A stretch of DNA of 63,749 nucleotides, filler included, from Pelomyxa schiedti (taxonomy: Eukaryota; Protista; Evosea): NCBI GenBank assembly GCA_020536535.1. It is 6 parts of 6 records of this genome, joined end to end, with 100 filler letters (N's around TTAATTAATTAA, not from the genome) between each part and the next. Parts side by side here need not be neighbours in the genome. Positions count along the whole stretch, not along the records: positions 31,489 to 44,926 come from JAHLWZ010000033.1; positions 45,027 to 57,325 come from JAHLWZ010000456.1; 4 more parts are not named here. The stretch is one strand, 5' to 3'. The position numbers were made by a program, and so were the translations under genes. A model generated the notes under the pieces. It did no database searches. It was not told the DNA's origin and was given only the letters and a program-made list of their open reading frames with translations. Each line of letters starts with the position of its first letter. Within the stretch, counting starts at the first letter, position 1. Shown one piece after another: positions 38,395 to 49,706 of the stretch.

Positions 38395-40046
38395 TCAGTG
38401 GTGCAGCACACGTGGGGACTTGAATGGGAATGGAGTGATCAACTGTGGGAAGATTCCCTGAGCAAGTGACATTGTGAACAATGAGGCACCTGTCAAAGCA
38501 TCTCTGAACGTGTGAATTGACCTCAAAATGGTCTCCCGTGGGCCCTGGTATGGCACTTTGGCAAGCCTCCTTTCCGGGAAGGATCCGAATTCAGAACTGT
38601 GCATCCACACTCTCACAATTGTGCTGGACACCAACAGACCACAGCCAGCAACAACGGACTGGCTAAACTGAGGTGGATGAGAGGTCGCTGGTTGTTGTGC
38701 ACACGTGTGAACTGTCCACTGCCTTCACCTCAAGTTCCTTGTTGTCCTCCAACCATGTGATGGCGATTCCAGTTCTCAAGTCCAGGAGCCTCTCAGATTG
38801 CTTCCCTGATGGTTTTTGTGTTTCAGTGAATGGCAAGTAGTACTTCATTTCACTCCTGTCAACAAGTGGGGTGCACAGTGTGTGATTCTGCGAACACACA
38901 GGCAAACTGTGCGCAAGGCGCACTCGCAAGACTCGAGACTGGAGACTCGGAGGCTGAGTCATCACTTACCAAGTTCGGAAATCAAGTTCACAGAAAGATC
39001 ATCGAGATACCCAAGACCTTTCCCTTGACTTTGGAATCCTTTATAAACGCACACCAAGTCACCTCATTTCTATACAAAAAATACCAAGAATCCCAACAAA
39101 TATACGAAAACACAAATACAAAATCCCAACACAAATACCTACACCCAAATGTATCCATCCATTCCAAGATGCATAAAATACTTTGTGCCTCTTTGTTCTC
39201 CTTTGGTGCAGTTTCCTTCCCACCCACTGAAGGAAACAACAGATTTACAAGGGAGATTCCTGCTTTTGTCAAGTTGCAAGTTGACACCCAAAGTGGGTCT
39301 TTGATTTCACCTTCCTTCCACACAGTGTTCAGATCAATGTGAAACCCAAGCAGAACCACTTCTGAATCTCTCTGGCCTGGCTGTTTATGCTCGAGGAAGA
39401 ACACCTCCAGTGTGTCAGACTCGAAGTCATACTCGTTTCTCAGTGAAAAGAACCGCAGTGATTGGAGGCCTCGCATCCACGAGCAGTTCACCACAACGGG
39501 CTCAGGCAGTGGCAAACCATCCACAACTTTCCACACCTCAAACAAGCACGGAACCATTGGCGACATCACAATCCACCTCCTGTTGCACGCAGATACCTGG
39601 CACTGTCCGTTTGCAGGAAATTGGAGTGGGCCCATAACAGCAGTATGACGGGGTTCAATGATCGAGAACGTCCAGAGAGGGGCATGGAGGTCCTCCGGCA
39701 CGTTCACGTACACTGTCCTGTCTGGCCCAATCCACCCAAGCGTATTGCCGTAGTGGTGCACAACTGTTGGCGGCTGCACAATCCCCAGGGTGTGTGACAC
39801 ACTGAACAGCACCTCGTAGTCCTGCGTGGAGCTCATGGGACCGGCAAAGAACTCGGCCACCACGACCCTGTCGACGGCCATCACCCACCTCTTCCCAATG
39901 CACTCGACCAACACCCAACGAGGCAACATCCAAACGTAGCTGTGACGGCAGAGGCCAGAGGCCAGGGCCAAGAACTGACGCTCAGCGACGTTGCACGCTT
40001 CGACTCCCACGTTGGATCTCCTGCCAAAGTAGCGGGTAATCATCAC
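38395..40046 (-). pseudogene. Beta-rich family, subtype A copy 3, disrupted
   Basis: 360-bp insertion at 38879-39238, plus a deletion that creates TAG at 38663-38665 before the QSVVAG segment. Confidence 0.75.
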
Positions 40047-40118
40047 ACAGCATTTTTTTTTGTTTTTTAGACCTCCTGGCGCTAAAATTGGATGGATGGG
40101 ATTGGGCCAAACCCTGTC

Positions 40119-41390
40119 TCACAAGGCACGAAGGGATAACTTGTGGATTGCACTGTGTGATGGTTGGTGCAGCAAAAAAGTGCCAGTCAGCGCATCAATA
40201 AGATCAAAGTGATCCTCATCCCAGAGCACAATGAAGCCATTCCCACCCAGTACCTTGATGTTGTGCCTCAGTGGGAACACGTGAACAGGGTGACCAAAGT
40301 CATCAGTCGAGAAAACGGTCAGGGTCTCACTGGCTCTATCCCCCTCTGCGAAGTGAGTGGGATCCACCATGTCAACTGGGCAATGAGACGTGTGAAGAAT
40401 GATGGACTGTGATGGGGAGACTGCCTTCCACCGCGTCGTGTGATCGTCATTTGTCAAGGGCAAAATTACATTGTGCTCCTTTGAGTGATAAACCGCCCTG
40501 CAAACCGTCTCAGACAAGGTTGAAAACCCACAGAAGGTTCCAGTGACAGCAAGTTCTCCTGATTCAAACGACCTTTTCAAATCCACTCGCCACATGTCCA
40601 GCTTCGCCGCAGAACCATCTCTTACCACAAATGAACCTTCGTCGTCATCTTCGGTGTTCATCAAAACATTCGCCAGAAATGCCTTCCTTCCCACGTTCAC
40701 ATGCCTCCAATAACTTTCTCTCTCACTCTCCTGAGACTGCTGCTGCGGGAGGACCTTCATGGCACTCACAGAAAGCACCACAATGTGCTCTGATTTCACA
40801 CCTTCCCAGATCACCACCCACTTTCTGCCATTGCTCACCCTGTGGGTCCAAGCTCCAACGAACCCTGGGTCATCCACGTCCCTCACCTCACGTGACACCA
40901 GGTTTACAATCCCAATCTTTCCACCCCTCGTTCCTTCCACCACAGCATGCTTGTCACCAAAGAGCCCTGCAGGAGTGACGTGAATGCAGGTCCAATTGAA
41001 CTGCGCATTCTTCCTGCAGGCCCAGCGACCAACAACGCCGAGGGTATGTGACACGTCAACAAACACAAAATGGCGGGTCATTTCGTTTCTGTGATCGACA
41101 GAGGGGTCAGGAAGCAAGTGGTCGCCCATAATCGCGACCCTCCTGTCGACGTGCATGACCCACCTGGATCCGATTTCATCGGCTACAACGTGGGCCGGGA
41201 GCAGCCTGGCTGGGCTGCGTGTCCCACAACGTGGAAATGCCACGCACGCAAGCAGTGCGACGAGTTGGTCCCGCGCCATCACAACGTGGCTTGCTGACGG
41301 CAGAGTCCCAGGAACCATCTCTTCAAGCTTTCGAGGGACAACAACACGTTGTGGTGCCCGGGTGTGGGGGACCGTAACGTCAGCTGCCAT
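40119..41390 (-). CDS. Beta-rich family, subtype B copy 2
   Basis: Almost identical to 33964-35238. Confidence 0.75.
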   Translation of the reverse strand: MAADVTVPHTRAPQRVVVPRKLEEMVPGTLPSASHVVMARDQLVALLACVAFPRCGTRSPARLLPAHVVADEIGSRWVMHVDRRVAIMGDHLLPDPSVDHRNEMTRHFVFVDVSHTLGVVGRWACRKNAQFNWTCIHVTPAGLFGDKHAVVEGTRGGKIGIVNLVSREVRDVDDPGFVGAWTHRVSNGRKWVVIWEGVKSEHIVVLSVSAMKVLPQQQSQESERESYWRHVNVGRKAFLANVLMNTEDDDEGSFVVRDGSAAKLDMWRVDLKRSFESGELAVTGTFCGFSTLSETVCRAVYHSKEHNVILPLTNDDHTTRWKAVSPSQSIILHTSHCPVDMVDPTHFAEGDRASETLTVFSTDDFGHPVHVFPLRHNIKVLGGNGFIVLWDEDHFDLIDALTGTFLLHQPSHSAIHKLSLRAL

Positions 41391-41520
41391 TTTCGTGGGA
41401 GTAACTCTTGGGATTGATGAAACCGGTGTGTTGATGAAACAACCATCAAAAACCGAATTCAAAAAAAATTTGGTTGTATGTATCGCGTAGGTAATTCAGT
41501 ACAAACAAGGAGGCCTCCAT

Positions 41521-43005
41521 TCAGTGGTGCAGCACACGTGGGGACTTGAATGGGAATGGAGTGATCAACTGTGGGAAGATTCCTTGAGCAAGTGACATTG
41601 TGAACAATGAGGCACCCGTCAAAGCATCTCTGAACGTGTGAATTGACGTTAAAATGGTCTCCCGTGGGCCCTGGTATGGCACTTTGGCAAGCCTCCTTTC
41701 CGGGAAGGATCCAAATTCAGCACTGTGCATCCACGCTCTCACAATTGTGCTGGACACCAACAGACCACAGCCAGCAACAACGGACTGAGTTCCTTCTGGG
41801 TGCTCGTGTGTGATGCATGGTGCAATCTGTGGATGTGGCTGCTCAACTCTGCGCCTCTTTGGAGTCAAGGTGGTGGCAATGTTGCACAGTGAGGACAAGG
41901 AATAAACTGAGGTGGAGGAGAGGTCGCTGGTTGTTGTGCACACGTGTGAACTGTCCACTGCCTTCACCTCAAGTTCCTTGTTGTCCTCCAACCACGTGAT
42001 GGCGATTCCAGTTCTCAAGTCCAGGAGCCTCTCAGATTGCTTCCCTGATGGTTTTTGTGTTTCAGTGAACGGCAAGTAGTACCTCATTTCCGTCCTGTCA
42101 ACAAGTGGGGTGCACAGATTGTCGGGCGAGATTCCTGCCTTTGTCAAGTTGCAAGTTGACACCCAAAGTGGGTCTTTGATTTCACCTTCCTTCCACACAG
42201 TGTTCAGATCAATGTGAAACCCAGACAGAACCACTTCGGAGTCTCTCTGGCCTGGCTGTTTATACTCGAGGAAGAACACCTCCAGTGTGTCAGACTCGAA
42301 GTCATACTCGTTTCTCAGTGAAAAGAACCGCAGTGATTGGAGGCCTCGCATCCACGAGCAGTTCACCACAACGGGCTCAGGCAGTGGCAAACCATCCACA
42401 ACCTTCCACACCTCAAACAAGCACGGAACCATTGGCGACATCACAATCCACCTCCTGTTGCACGCCGATACCTGGCTCTGTCCGTTTGCAGGAAATTGGA
42501 GTGGGCCCATAACAGCAGTACCATGGGGTCCATCAAGGATCGAGAAGGTCCAGTGGGCATGAGGCACAGCAGGCGGGTCCAAGCGCAGTGTCCTGTCTGG
42601 CCCAATCCAGCCGAGTGTGTTGTAGTGGATCACATCCCTAGGCAGTTGCACAATCCCCAGGGTGTGCGACACACTGAACAGCACCTCGTAGTCCCTGATG
42701 GCATTCCGCGGGCGGGTAAAAAAAGCAGCCACCACGACCCTGTCGACGGCCGTCACCCACCTCTTCCCAATGCACTCGACCAGCACCCAACGAGGCAGCA
42801 TCCAAACGTGGCAGCTGCCACGCCCGCGAGTGGGAATTATGGGACCACCAGGCGATGGTGGTGTTGTGCTGGAGGAGGAGGAGGAGGAGGAGGAGGAGGA
42901 CGATGATGGGACAGGACGGCTGCCAGAGGCCAGGGCCAAGAACTGACGCTCAGCGACGTTGCACGCTTCGAGGTTCACAATGGCTCTCCTGCCACCGTCG
43001 ATCAT
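41521..43005 (-). CDS. Beta-rich family, subtype A copy 4 (494 aa)
   Basis: Complete ORF with the same motifs as A1 and a poly-Ser insert. Confidence 0.75.
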   Translation of the reverse strand: MIDGGRRAIVNLEACNVAERQFLALASGSRPVPSSSSSSSSSSSSSTTPPSPGGPIIPTRGRGSCHVWMLPRWVLVECIGKRWVTAVDRVVVAAFFTRPRNAIRDYEVLFSVSHTLGIVQLPRDVIHYNTLGWIGPDRTLRLDPPAVPHAHWTFSILDGPHGTAVMGPLQFPANGQSQVSACNRRWIVMSPMVPCLFEVWKVVDGLPLPEPVVVNCSWMRGLQSLRFFSLRNEYDFESDTLEVFFLEYKQPGQRDSEVVLSGFHIDLNTVWKEGEIKDPLWVSTCNLTKAGISPDNLCTPLVDRTEMRYYLPFTETQKPSGKQSERLLDLRTGIAITWLEDNKELEVKAVDSSHVCTTTSDLSSTSVYSLSSLCNIATTLTPKRRRVEQPHPQIAPCITHEHPEGTQSVVAGCGLLVSSTIVRAWMHSAEFGSFPERRLAKVPYQGPRETILTSIHTFRDALTGASLFTMSLAQGIFPQLITPFPFKSPRVLHH

Positions 43006-44371
43006 TACTGCTGTCGTGTGTGGGCAATTTCTTTTGGTTTAATCGGGTCATTGTGACTGCTTGCGTTGTTTGCGCCCTTGGGTTTGTTTTTCTGTGACAT
43101 TTGATTGTTGCAAACAAAAAGAAAGGGATGGGAGGCGAAAAACGTGCGTCGCTGTGCGAAGAGTGCCGGGCCAAGATCCACAAGTACAAGGGCGACATGA
43201 AAGAGAGATCTAGATCTAGCGGGCGACAGGTCGGCGACGTGATCGATGATCCAATGAAGTCGCGGTGGGACGCTGTAATGGTGTGTGCGGCAACGCCGCT
43301 TTGCATTAGTTTGTGTGGCGCCTCGAAAAAGCGATGTGTCTCTCTTAGTCTGTTGTTATTGTCATTAATTTCTAACGCGCGTTTTGTTGGTGTATGTTTT
43401 GTTGTATTTTTTTTTTTTTCTTTTATAGTTGGTTTTTTGTTTAATGATGAATAATGGTATAGGATGAGTTTACTCTGTGTGGGGAATGCACGGACTTGGT
43501 GAAGAAGAATTGGGACCCTTATCGACTGGCTCTGCCGTTGTATTCAGGCTGCTTCGTTTTGTTGTCTGTTGTTCTGGCTGCTTATATTTTCTGTAAGTTC
43601 GCGGCCATTCTGTAAGCCTTCAGAATCCCATTTTATCACTGACACACTGTGTGCTGTTGTTGTGTTGTTGGTTTTTATGCCGTGTGCAGACTTCAACCCA
43701 CCAAGCATGTTTGGGTTGGGATACTTCTTGCGGCGCAGTCTTGTTGTCATTAATGCTTTCGCCGTTTGTGGATTTCTTACACGGTTAATGTACTCAAAAG
43801 TAAATATCTGGACTTTGATCCAAGCCTTTTTCCCTGGAATGCTTATTGTGAGTTCTATCCTCCTTGTATTCGATTTTCCTAACCACACAAATACTAAGGT
43901 TTCTTCCCTTGTTCACCAAATACAGTCGTTGGTGGCTTTTACGCCTGAGTACCGGTGCATCCCTGACTGGCGATCACTTCTTTGCTGCCTAATTGTATGT
44001 ACTACCACTACTAATAAGAACCCGAACAACAACGAAAAACTCTAACACTACCACCCAGGCATTGGCTTTCCCCTGGTTCTTGGTTGCCTCAAGATACTCC
44101 CAGAAGAAGAAGCTCCGCTCGGGACCGCACCTTGACTGATGGCTCACCACCCGCTGTAGTAGTTAATCATCACCATCCACAGCCAGGCACCACCTCCATG
44201 GCAGCGGCAGTCATGACTTCGGACATAAACAAATAGAACGAGTAAACGCACCAGCACAGTAATTGTGTTGTTGTTCCCTCGCCGAGGGAATCCCCCCCAC
44301 CAACCCAGTGATCCGATCTGCTAAAGTCCTTACGACTAGATCCAAGTAAGAATTTTTAGAGGGGCAAGGAA

Positions 44372-44926
44372 GTGATGGACGGTGATACAACCCAACAGCA
44401 ACCACAACACACCGACGACCACCCCGTGGACAGCATACAACAACATCATCATCATCATCAACAGGACCAAGAAGGCATCGACAACAGCAACCGGCAGCCA
44501 CAGGAGGAGGAGGAGGAGGCGATGCCCACGATATTGCCTGCTGTGCCGACGCACCCACACGCACCCACACGCCAACCCAACAGCGACGGGAACGGCGCCA
44601 AGGCGGCAGGTCCCCCGCCACCGCCCCCGCCACCAACGCACGCCGATCCCGATCCCGATCTCGATGGTGATGCACACGCCCAAGACCCAGCAGACCACCA
44701 CCACCACCAACGCAACGGCGAACAACAAGAACGACGACAAGGACAGGACCAGGACCAAGACCGCGGCGGCGGCGGCGGCGCCCAGCGGCAGCAAATGGGC
44801 GAGGGGGAGGATGCGGTGGGTGAGGCCACCCGAGGCGGCGGCGGCTGTGCGGAAGCGGAGGCGGAGGCGCCGGCGGAAGGAGGACGTGCGGCCGAGCGTG
44901 ATCCCGAGGGAGTGGGCGTGGGCGTG
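44372..44926 (+). CDS. Low-complexity (Q/D/H/P) N-terminal portion of a gene cut by the linker
   Basis: Open frame with the same GC-rich low-complexity style as other N-termini in the window. Confidence 0.45.
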
Positions 44927-45026
44927 NNNNNNNNNNNNNNNNNNNNNNNNNNNNNNNNNNNNNNNNNNNNTTAATTAATTAANNNNNNNNNNNNNNNNNN
45001 NNNNNNNNNNNNNNNNNNNNNNNNNN
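44927..45026. other. Artificial contig linker
   Basis: TTAATTAATTAA at 44971-44982 within Ns. Confidence 0.97.
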
Positions 45027-45467
45027 TGGGAAGCACATTGGTGTGTCTGTTGGCCGTTGGCGTGCTGCAAACTGTGTGCACACTGTTTTCCCAGAAAAAC
45101 GCTCGTTTTTTGATCGTGTGCACACCGAAAAAGTTTGGGCAGTCCCATTGACAATACCCCCACCGCCGCCGAGTGGTTCATCATCCGCGGTCACGGTGAG
45201 AACCACGTCGCGGCACCCGCACACGACCCACTCGCGGCCGAACTGGGCGAGCAGCGACGGCGACGCGGCGAGGAGCCTCGCCGGCGACCGCGCCCTCGTC
45301 CTGGCCACGGCCGACCCGCACGCGAACGCGACGAACTGGTCCGCGGCCGACAGAGCAACGTCGAGGGTTACGGGGATGGCGATGGGGACGGGTACGGGGA
45401 CGGGTGCTGGCGACGACGCGGTGGCGGTGGCGGTGGGCGACGGGGCTTTGTTGTTGGTGCTGCCCAT
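45027..45467 (-). CDS. Beta-rich family, subtype D, N-terminal part (cut by the linker)
   Basis: AADQFVAFACG...RARSPARLL...AQFGREWVV header. Confidence 0.6.
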
Positions 45468-45653
45468 GCTGGGTTTTTTCCTGAAGGATTAACAGAAGCT
45501 TGTGTGCTGGATGAAAACAACATCTGCTTTATCACCTTCCTAGACTTTCTTTGGCCCAATCTAAAAGTGTTTTTTCTCTTCCGCGACAGTTCAGAAAACT
45601 TGTTTGATTGTTTTGTTTTTTTCCGCTCTATGGACAATGTTGTTGAACTTCCC

Positions 45654-46661
45654 TCAAAGGAACCACATCGATACAGTCGATGGAGGGGAAACAGATAGTA
45701 TGGACTGTGGTTGGGTTGGTGGTGAGTTGGTTGTTATTGCGGTTTGCTGTGACGGGAACACAGGGGGCGGCGACACCGACGGTGGGGGTGTCACAGAAGA
45801 AGTAGGATACTTCCTTGGTGATGAGAAGCAAACACCCCCTAGAAGTGAAGAGCTGGAAGAAGAAAAGCCTCCTGTGTAGCAGCCAATTGAGGGAGAAGGG
45901 AACAACATCGGGGCACTGCTGTAGGGTGACATGAATCCCCCGCCGGTAAGGAGGGAGTGAGGGGAGGCTGTAGGGGGATTAATGGGATTGAGCGGAGGGG
46001 ACATGGAGAGCAGGCCGAGTTCGGCTCCGCTTCCGCTGGGGCCGGTGCAGGACCGGGCCGAATCGAGGAGTGACTTGTTCTTGGGGCTGCTGAGTACGTC
46101 CTCAAACACCTGGGGTAGTGGGTTTAGGGACCGGCGGGGAGGGGATACACTGCAGAGGAAGAACTGGTGCGCAATCGGACTGCTTTCGGCGTCCTGGAAC
46201 TCGGTTACTCCTCCACCAAAGGGCGTGAATTCATCCTCCTCTTGATGCTCGGAAGCTCCGTCCTCATTATCCTTGTGGAGTATGGCCGGGGAATTTGCCA
46301 TGGGAATCTTGGCAGCTGGGTGAGGAATTTGGTGGGAGCGATCGGCGCACCGCGGGGGCACAGTGGCTACGACTACTTCCTCTTCTCCATCAACTATACA
46401 CCCATCATATCTATCCACAACGCCAGGCAGAGTAACACCCTCCTGGTCATCATCAGGAGCGGTATAGCTGTGCCTTGCCAGAGAAGAAGTAGAAGCGGAA
46501 GAATTAGCAGAAGAAGTATTAGAGGGGCCTGTTCCCACAATAGACGGGCTGTGCGACATCATTATAGCCTGCAGCTCCTCGTCCATATCAGCAACCTCGG
46601 TGCCGGACCCAAACAGAGGGCGCCCAGAAGACTCTATCACAGGGGCAGGAACAACACCCAC
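45654..46661 (-). CDS. Ser/Pro-rich, probably disordered protein with S-P-x-K/R sites
   Basis: 335-aa ORF with SPPR and SPRK motifs; no globular domain recognised; a small 3' exon is possible. Confidence 0.55.
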   Translation of the reverse strand: MGVVPAPVIESSGRPLFGSGTEVADMDEELQAIMMSHSPSIVGTGPSNTSSANSSASTSSLARHSYTAPDDDQEGVTLPGVVDRYDGCIVDGEEEVVVATVPPRCADRSHQIPHPAAKIPMANSPAILHKDNEDGASEHQEEDEFTPFGGGVTEFQDAESSPIAHQFFLCSVSPPRRSLNPLPQVFEDVLSSPKNKSLLDSARSCTGPSGSGAELGLLSMSPPLNPINPPTASPHSLLTGGGFMSPYSSAPMLFPSPSIGCYTGGFSSSSSSLLGGVCFSSPRKYPTSSVTPPPSVSPPPVFPSQQTAITTNSPPTQPQSILSVSPPSTVSMWFL

Positions 46662-47314
46662 AATTATTCCGCTGCTTACTGCGGAGCTTGACCCTTCGGC
46701 CTTGGCACCGAATCCCCATATTCCACTGTTTCCGAGGGGGTTTTCGCTCCTACCATGTGACCCTCTTTTTGTTTTTGTAAAAAGAAAAATAAATAAAGTG
46801 ACCAGGACAATTAATACTTATAGTAACACACATGAGAGAAATCGGGAGGGGGAAAACAAAAAAAAACCGCACAACGTCAAGATTAAATTAATAAAAAAAA
46901 ATACCGAGATGAGGAGGAGGAAGGGAGGGTCGGGGTCCCAAAACGCATCGGCGTCGGTGCTACGATCATCGTTGTGTGTTCGTGTACGAACGCGATTTCC
47001 GGGTATTAAAAATCAAGGCAGTTTTCTGCGCATGTGAACAAGTTGTACTTGCTCGAGGTTTGCAAGCAGATCTCAGATCTCCACATGGGATTCACGGTCA
47101 CAATGTTCACTGCTGAAGGTGGTCGGTCCAGCAGAGTTGTTCAGTCTCAAAGACTGACTGGTTCATTCACCGAGATACGAAGAAAAAACGCAGGGAAGTG
47201 GTGTGCGGAATGGAAGGGAAGCCCTCGAAGGGCGGAAGATCTTAGAAAGCTATTTAAATGGGCGAGAGGTGTGGGCTGTTAATACGTTAGTTACGGTACT
47301 GGAACGACAACGGC

Positions 47315-48219
47315 ATGGACGAGTCACAGGCACGTCATCACCTCACTCAGATGAGAAACTTCATTTTGAGGGTAATATGGTGTTTTGTTTTTGTTGTTGC
47401 TTGTTTGCTGTTTGTTTTCGGTTTTCATTGATTTTATTGTCCTCACACTGCGTTGTAGGAGGCCGAGGAAAATTCCGAAATGATTCGTTCTAAAGCTATG
47501 GAGGAATATCACATCGAAAAAGCCACGATCGTGGTAGCCGCGAAGAAGAAAATAGCTCTCGACTACGAGAAAAAGGAGAAGCTAGCCTCCGTGCAAAAGA
47601 GAACGTACGCAACATCTTGTCCTCAGTATTCGGTGAGATACACTCATCACCACCATAGAACTATTTCACAGGAGTTCAATCACTCCCGTATCGAGATACT
47701 CCAAGCGCAAGACGATTGCATACTTCAAGTGTCCGAGCGTGCCCGTTCTCAACTGTCTCTTGTGTCCCGGAATACTGAGAAATACAGACTTCTCCTCCAA
47801 AAATTAATTATACAGTGCTTGGAAATCATGCGGGAACCCGATGTCTTGGTATGACAAGCCTTTTCTTCCAAATTTTGCAATAACTGGGAAAAAGGTTATT
47901 TGCCGTGAGCAAGACCGCGCTCTTATAGAATCCGTTCTTGTGCCTGCAAAGCAAGCCTACGAGGCTTCCACGGCTATTACCCTTTCGTCCATTTCCCTAA
48001 ACCCAAGGCGGCCGCTTCCTCCCGATTGGTAAGTTTCGATAATCCCTCAGTATTTCTATCCACTAACTTAACCACAGCTGTGGGGGAGTGGTACTCACAG
48101 CAAACGGCGGCCGCGTGTCGTGCAACAACACCCTTGAAACAAGACTACAGCTGGCCGTCGAGAAGAAGCTCCCTGAAATCCGGCATACCCTCTTCCCCAA
48201 TGCCCTCCACAAAGAATGA
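47315..48219 (+). CDS. ATP6V1E: V-type proton ATPase subunit E
   Basis: MDESQARHHLTQMRNFILR|EAEENSEMIRSKAMEEYHIEK...KYRLLLQKLIIQCL...CREQD...CGGVVL...CNNTLETRL...LPEIRHTLF. Confidence 0.95.
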
Positions 48220-48473
48220 CCAACCTGCAACAATGCAACTAAGGATGGCATCAGAGGCAAGCAATCCCTTCACAACCCATCTCCAACCCCAAAACTCATC
48301 ATCAGTTGGCAATCAAATGTGTTCGGCAAAAAAAAAAAAAACAAAACAAAACGAAAAAGACAAAGGATGTACAAGGATTTGAATTTAAAGGATGTAACCT
48401 ACGAGCTAGGCAAGGTATTAATTCATTAAATTACGAATGTGGTAAATTCATTAAATCAAATTCGATTGGCATT

Positions 48474-49607
48474 ATGTTGGTTCGGTTGTTAGGCCCGTTG
48501 ACGTGCCTTATTTAATTTTTGTATTGCTGGGTTTGACACGGAAACAGAAGTTCAATGTAGTGAAGTGGATAACGATAGTTGGATGTGGGCTGCTTTTTGT
48601 ATGCAAAATACTCCCGTGGAACATTTTTGTTTCGGATTGTTTATTTTCCTGTTCACTTGCTTACTGTTGGTAAGGTTCTGGGACTATCATCGTTATCTGT
48701 TGGAATAGCTTCGTTGGTGTCAGACACCTTTGCGGCTTTTTTGGCAGTACCCGGCCTTGATCAGCTGGCCTACTTTATGATAAGTGTTGGAGGTCTTGTC
48801 ATTTTAGCATCTGCCGTGGGAGCCATTGGGGCATTTGCTCATAAGCGCGCATTACTGTTGGTGGTATGTCTGCCAATTTATTATCTACTACACTTTTAGT
48901 TGTTCTTAGAAACATTTCACTAGCTAGTTATTGTTCTTGGCCTCTTGGTTGTGGCTCAACTTTTTGTTGGAATTGCTGGCATGATTCACCGTGATGATAT
49001 GGACCAGGTGCTCGAAATTGCCTGGGATACCTCCACAAATGAAACAAAGAAATATGTCCAAGATGACGTATGGCACCTAGTATTCCTTCCGTAATTGTCC
49101 CTTACATACTTACAGTTGACTTGTTGCGGATATCAAAATTCCACCGACGCACCTTATCTTCCCTGGTAATTCATTAATCAGTTTGTTAATTGCGGGAGAA
49201 TCTAAACTCACGAGTGCAGTCCCACTGTACCAGGTGGTGGAAACATAACTGGCTGTCAGGACCCATTGAATGCTAAATACGATGTATTTTTCCCTTTACA
49301 AAACCCATTTAACCATTTAATTAGGATTTGCTTACAGAACTCTCGGCAGCATGCCTTGCCATCAGCGTTTTAGAATTTATAGGTTCCGATATTTATTTAA
49401 CGTTGGATAAATATCTATCTCACCGCACATTGCGCAATTATTATGATAATAAACAAAATTACACAATGCATACCCCACAATTTACTTTCCCATACAGGAG
49501 CCCTTATGTGTGTAGCACTAATGTACAAAATACAAAAAATACTCCGGAATCAAAGACAACGTGCCGAGGACCTCCAAGGCCTCCTCGGTGCCCCTGATTC
49601 ATTGTAA
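48474..49607 (+). CDS. Tetraspanin-family protein
   Basis: Four hydrophobic helices, GAIGAF..KR.LL, large extracellular loop with CCG and further Cys, spliced TM4 AISVLEFIGALMCVALMY. The start is uncertain. Confidence 0.85.
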
Positions 49608-49706
49608 TTGTATCTTCTATAATTCTGAAAAATTCGAAACAGAGTTCCTTTTTTTCATTCGATCACAACCTCTTCCCATAACTTCCCTTTGAAATCAACG
49701 CTGCGC

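Larger units (their letters stand above)
31489..43660. repeat. About 6-kb duplicated unit (C-A-B-A-spacer) x2, separated by a 100-N gap at 37345-37444
   Basis: Unit 1 is 31489-37344 and unit 2 is 37445-about 43660. Gene order is the same, subtype B and the spacer are near-identical, and both units begin at the same base (accctccacacaatc). Confidence 0.9.

Noticed and set aside
43569-44045. 158-aa hydrophobic ORF as a membrane protein
   Set aside because: Its first third lies in the duplicated T-rich spacer, and no family motif or paralogue supports it.
47030-47180. Hairpin-rich segment as SRP RNA or another ncRNA
   Set aside because: AAGG-TGG-TCGG-TCC-AGCAG lacks the GNRA loop and proper pairing of SRP helix 8, and no snRNA or RNase P motifs were found.
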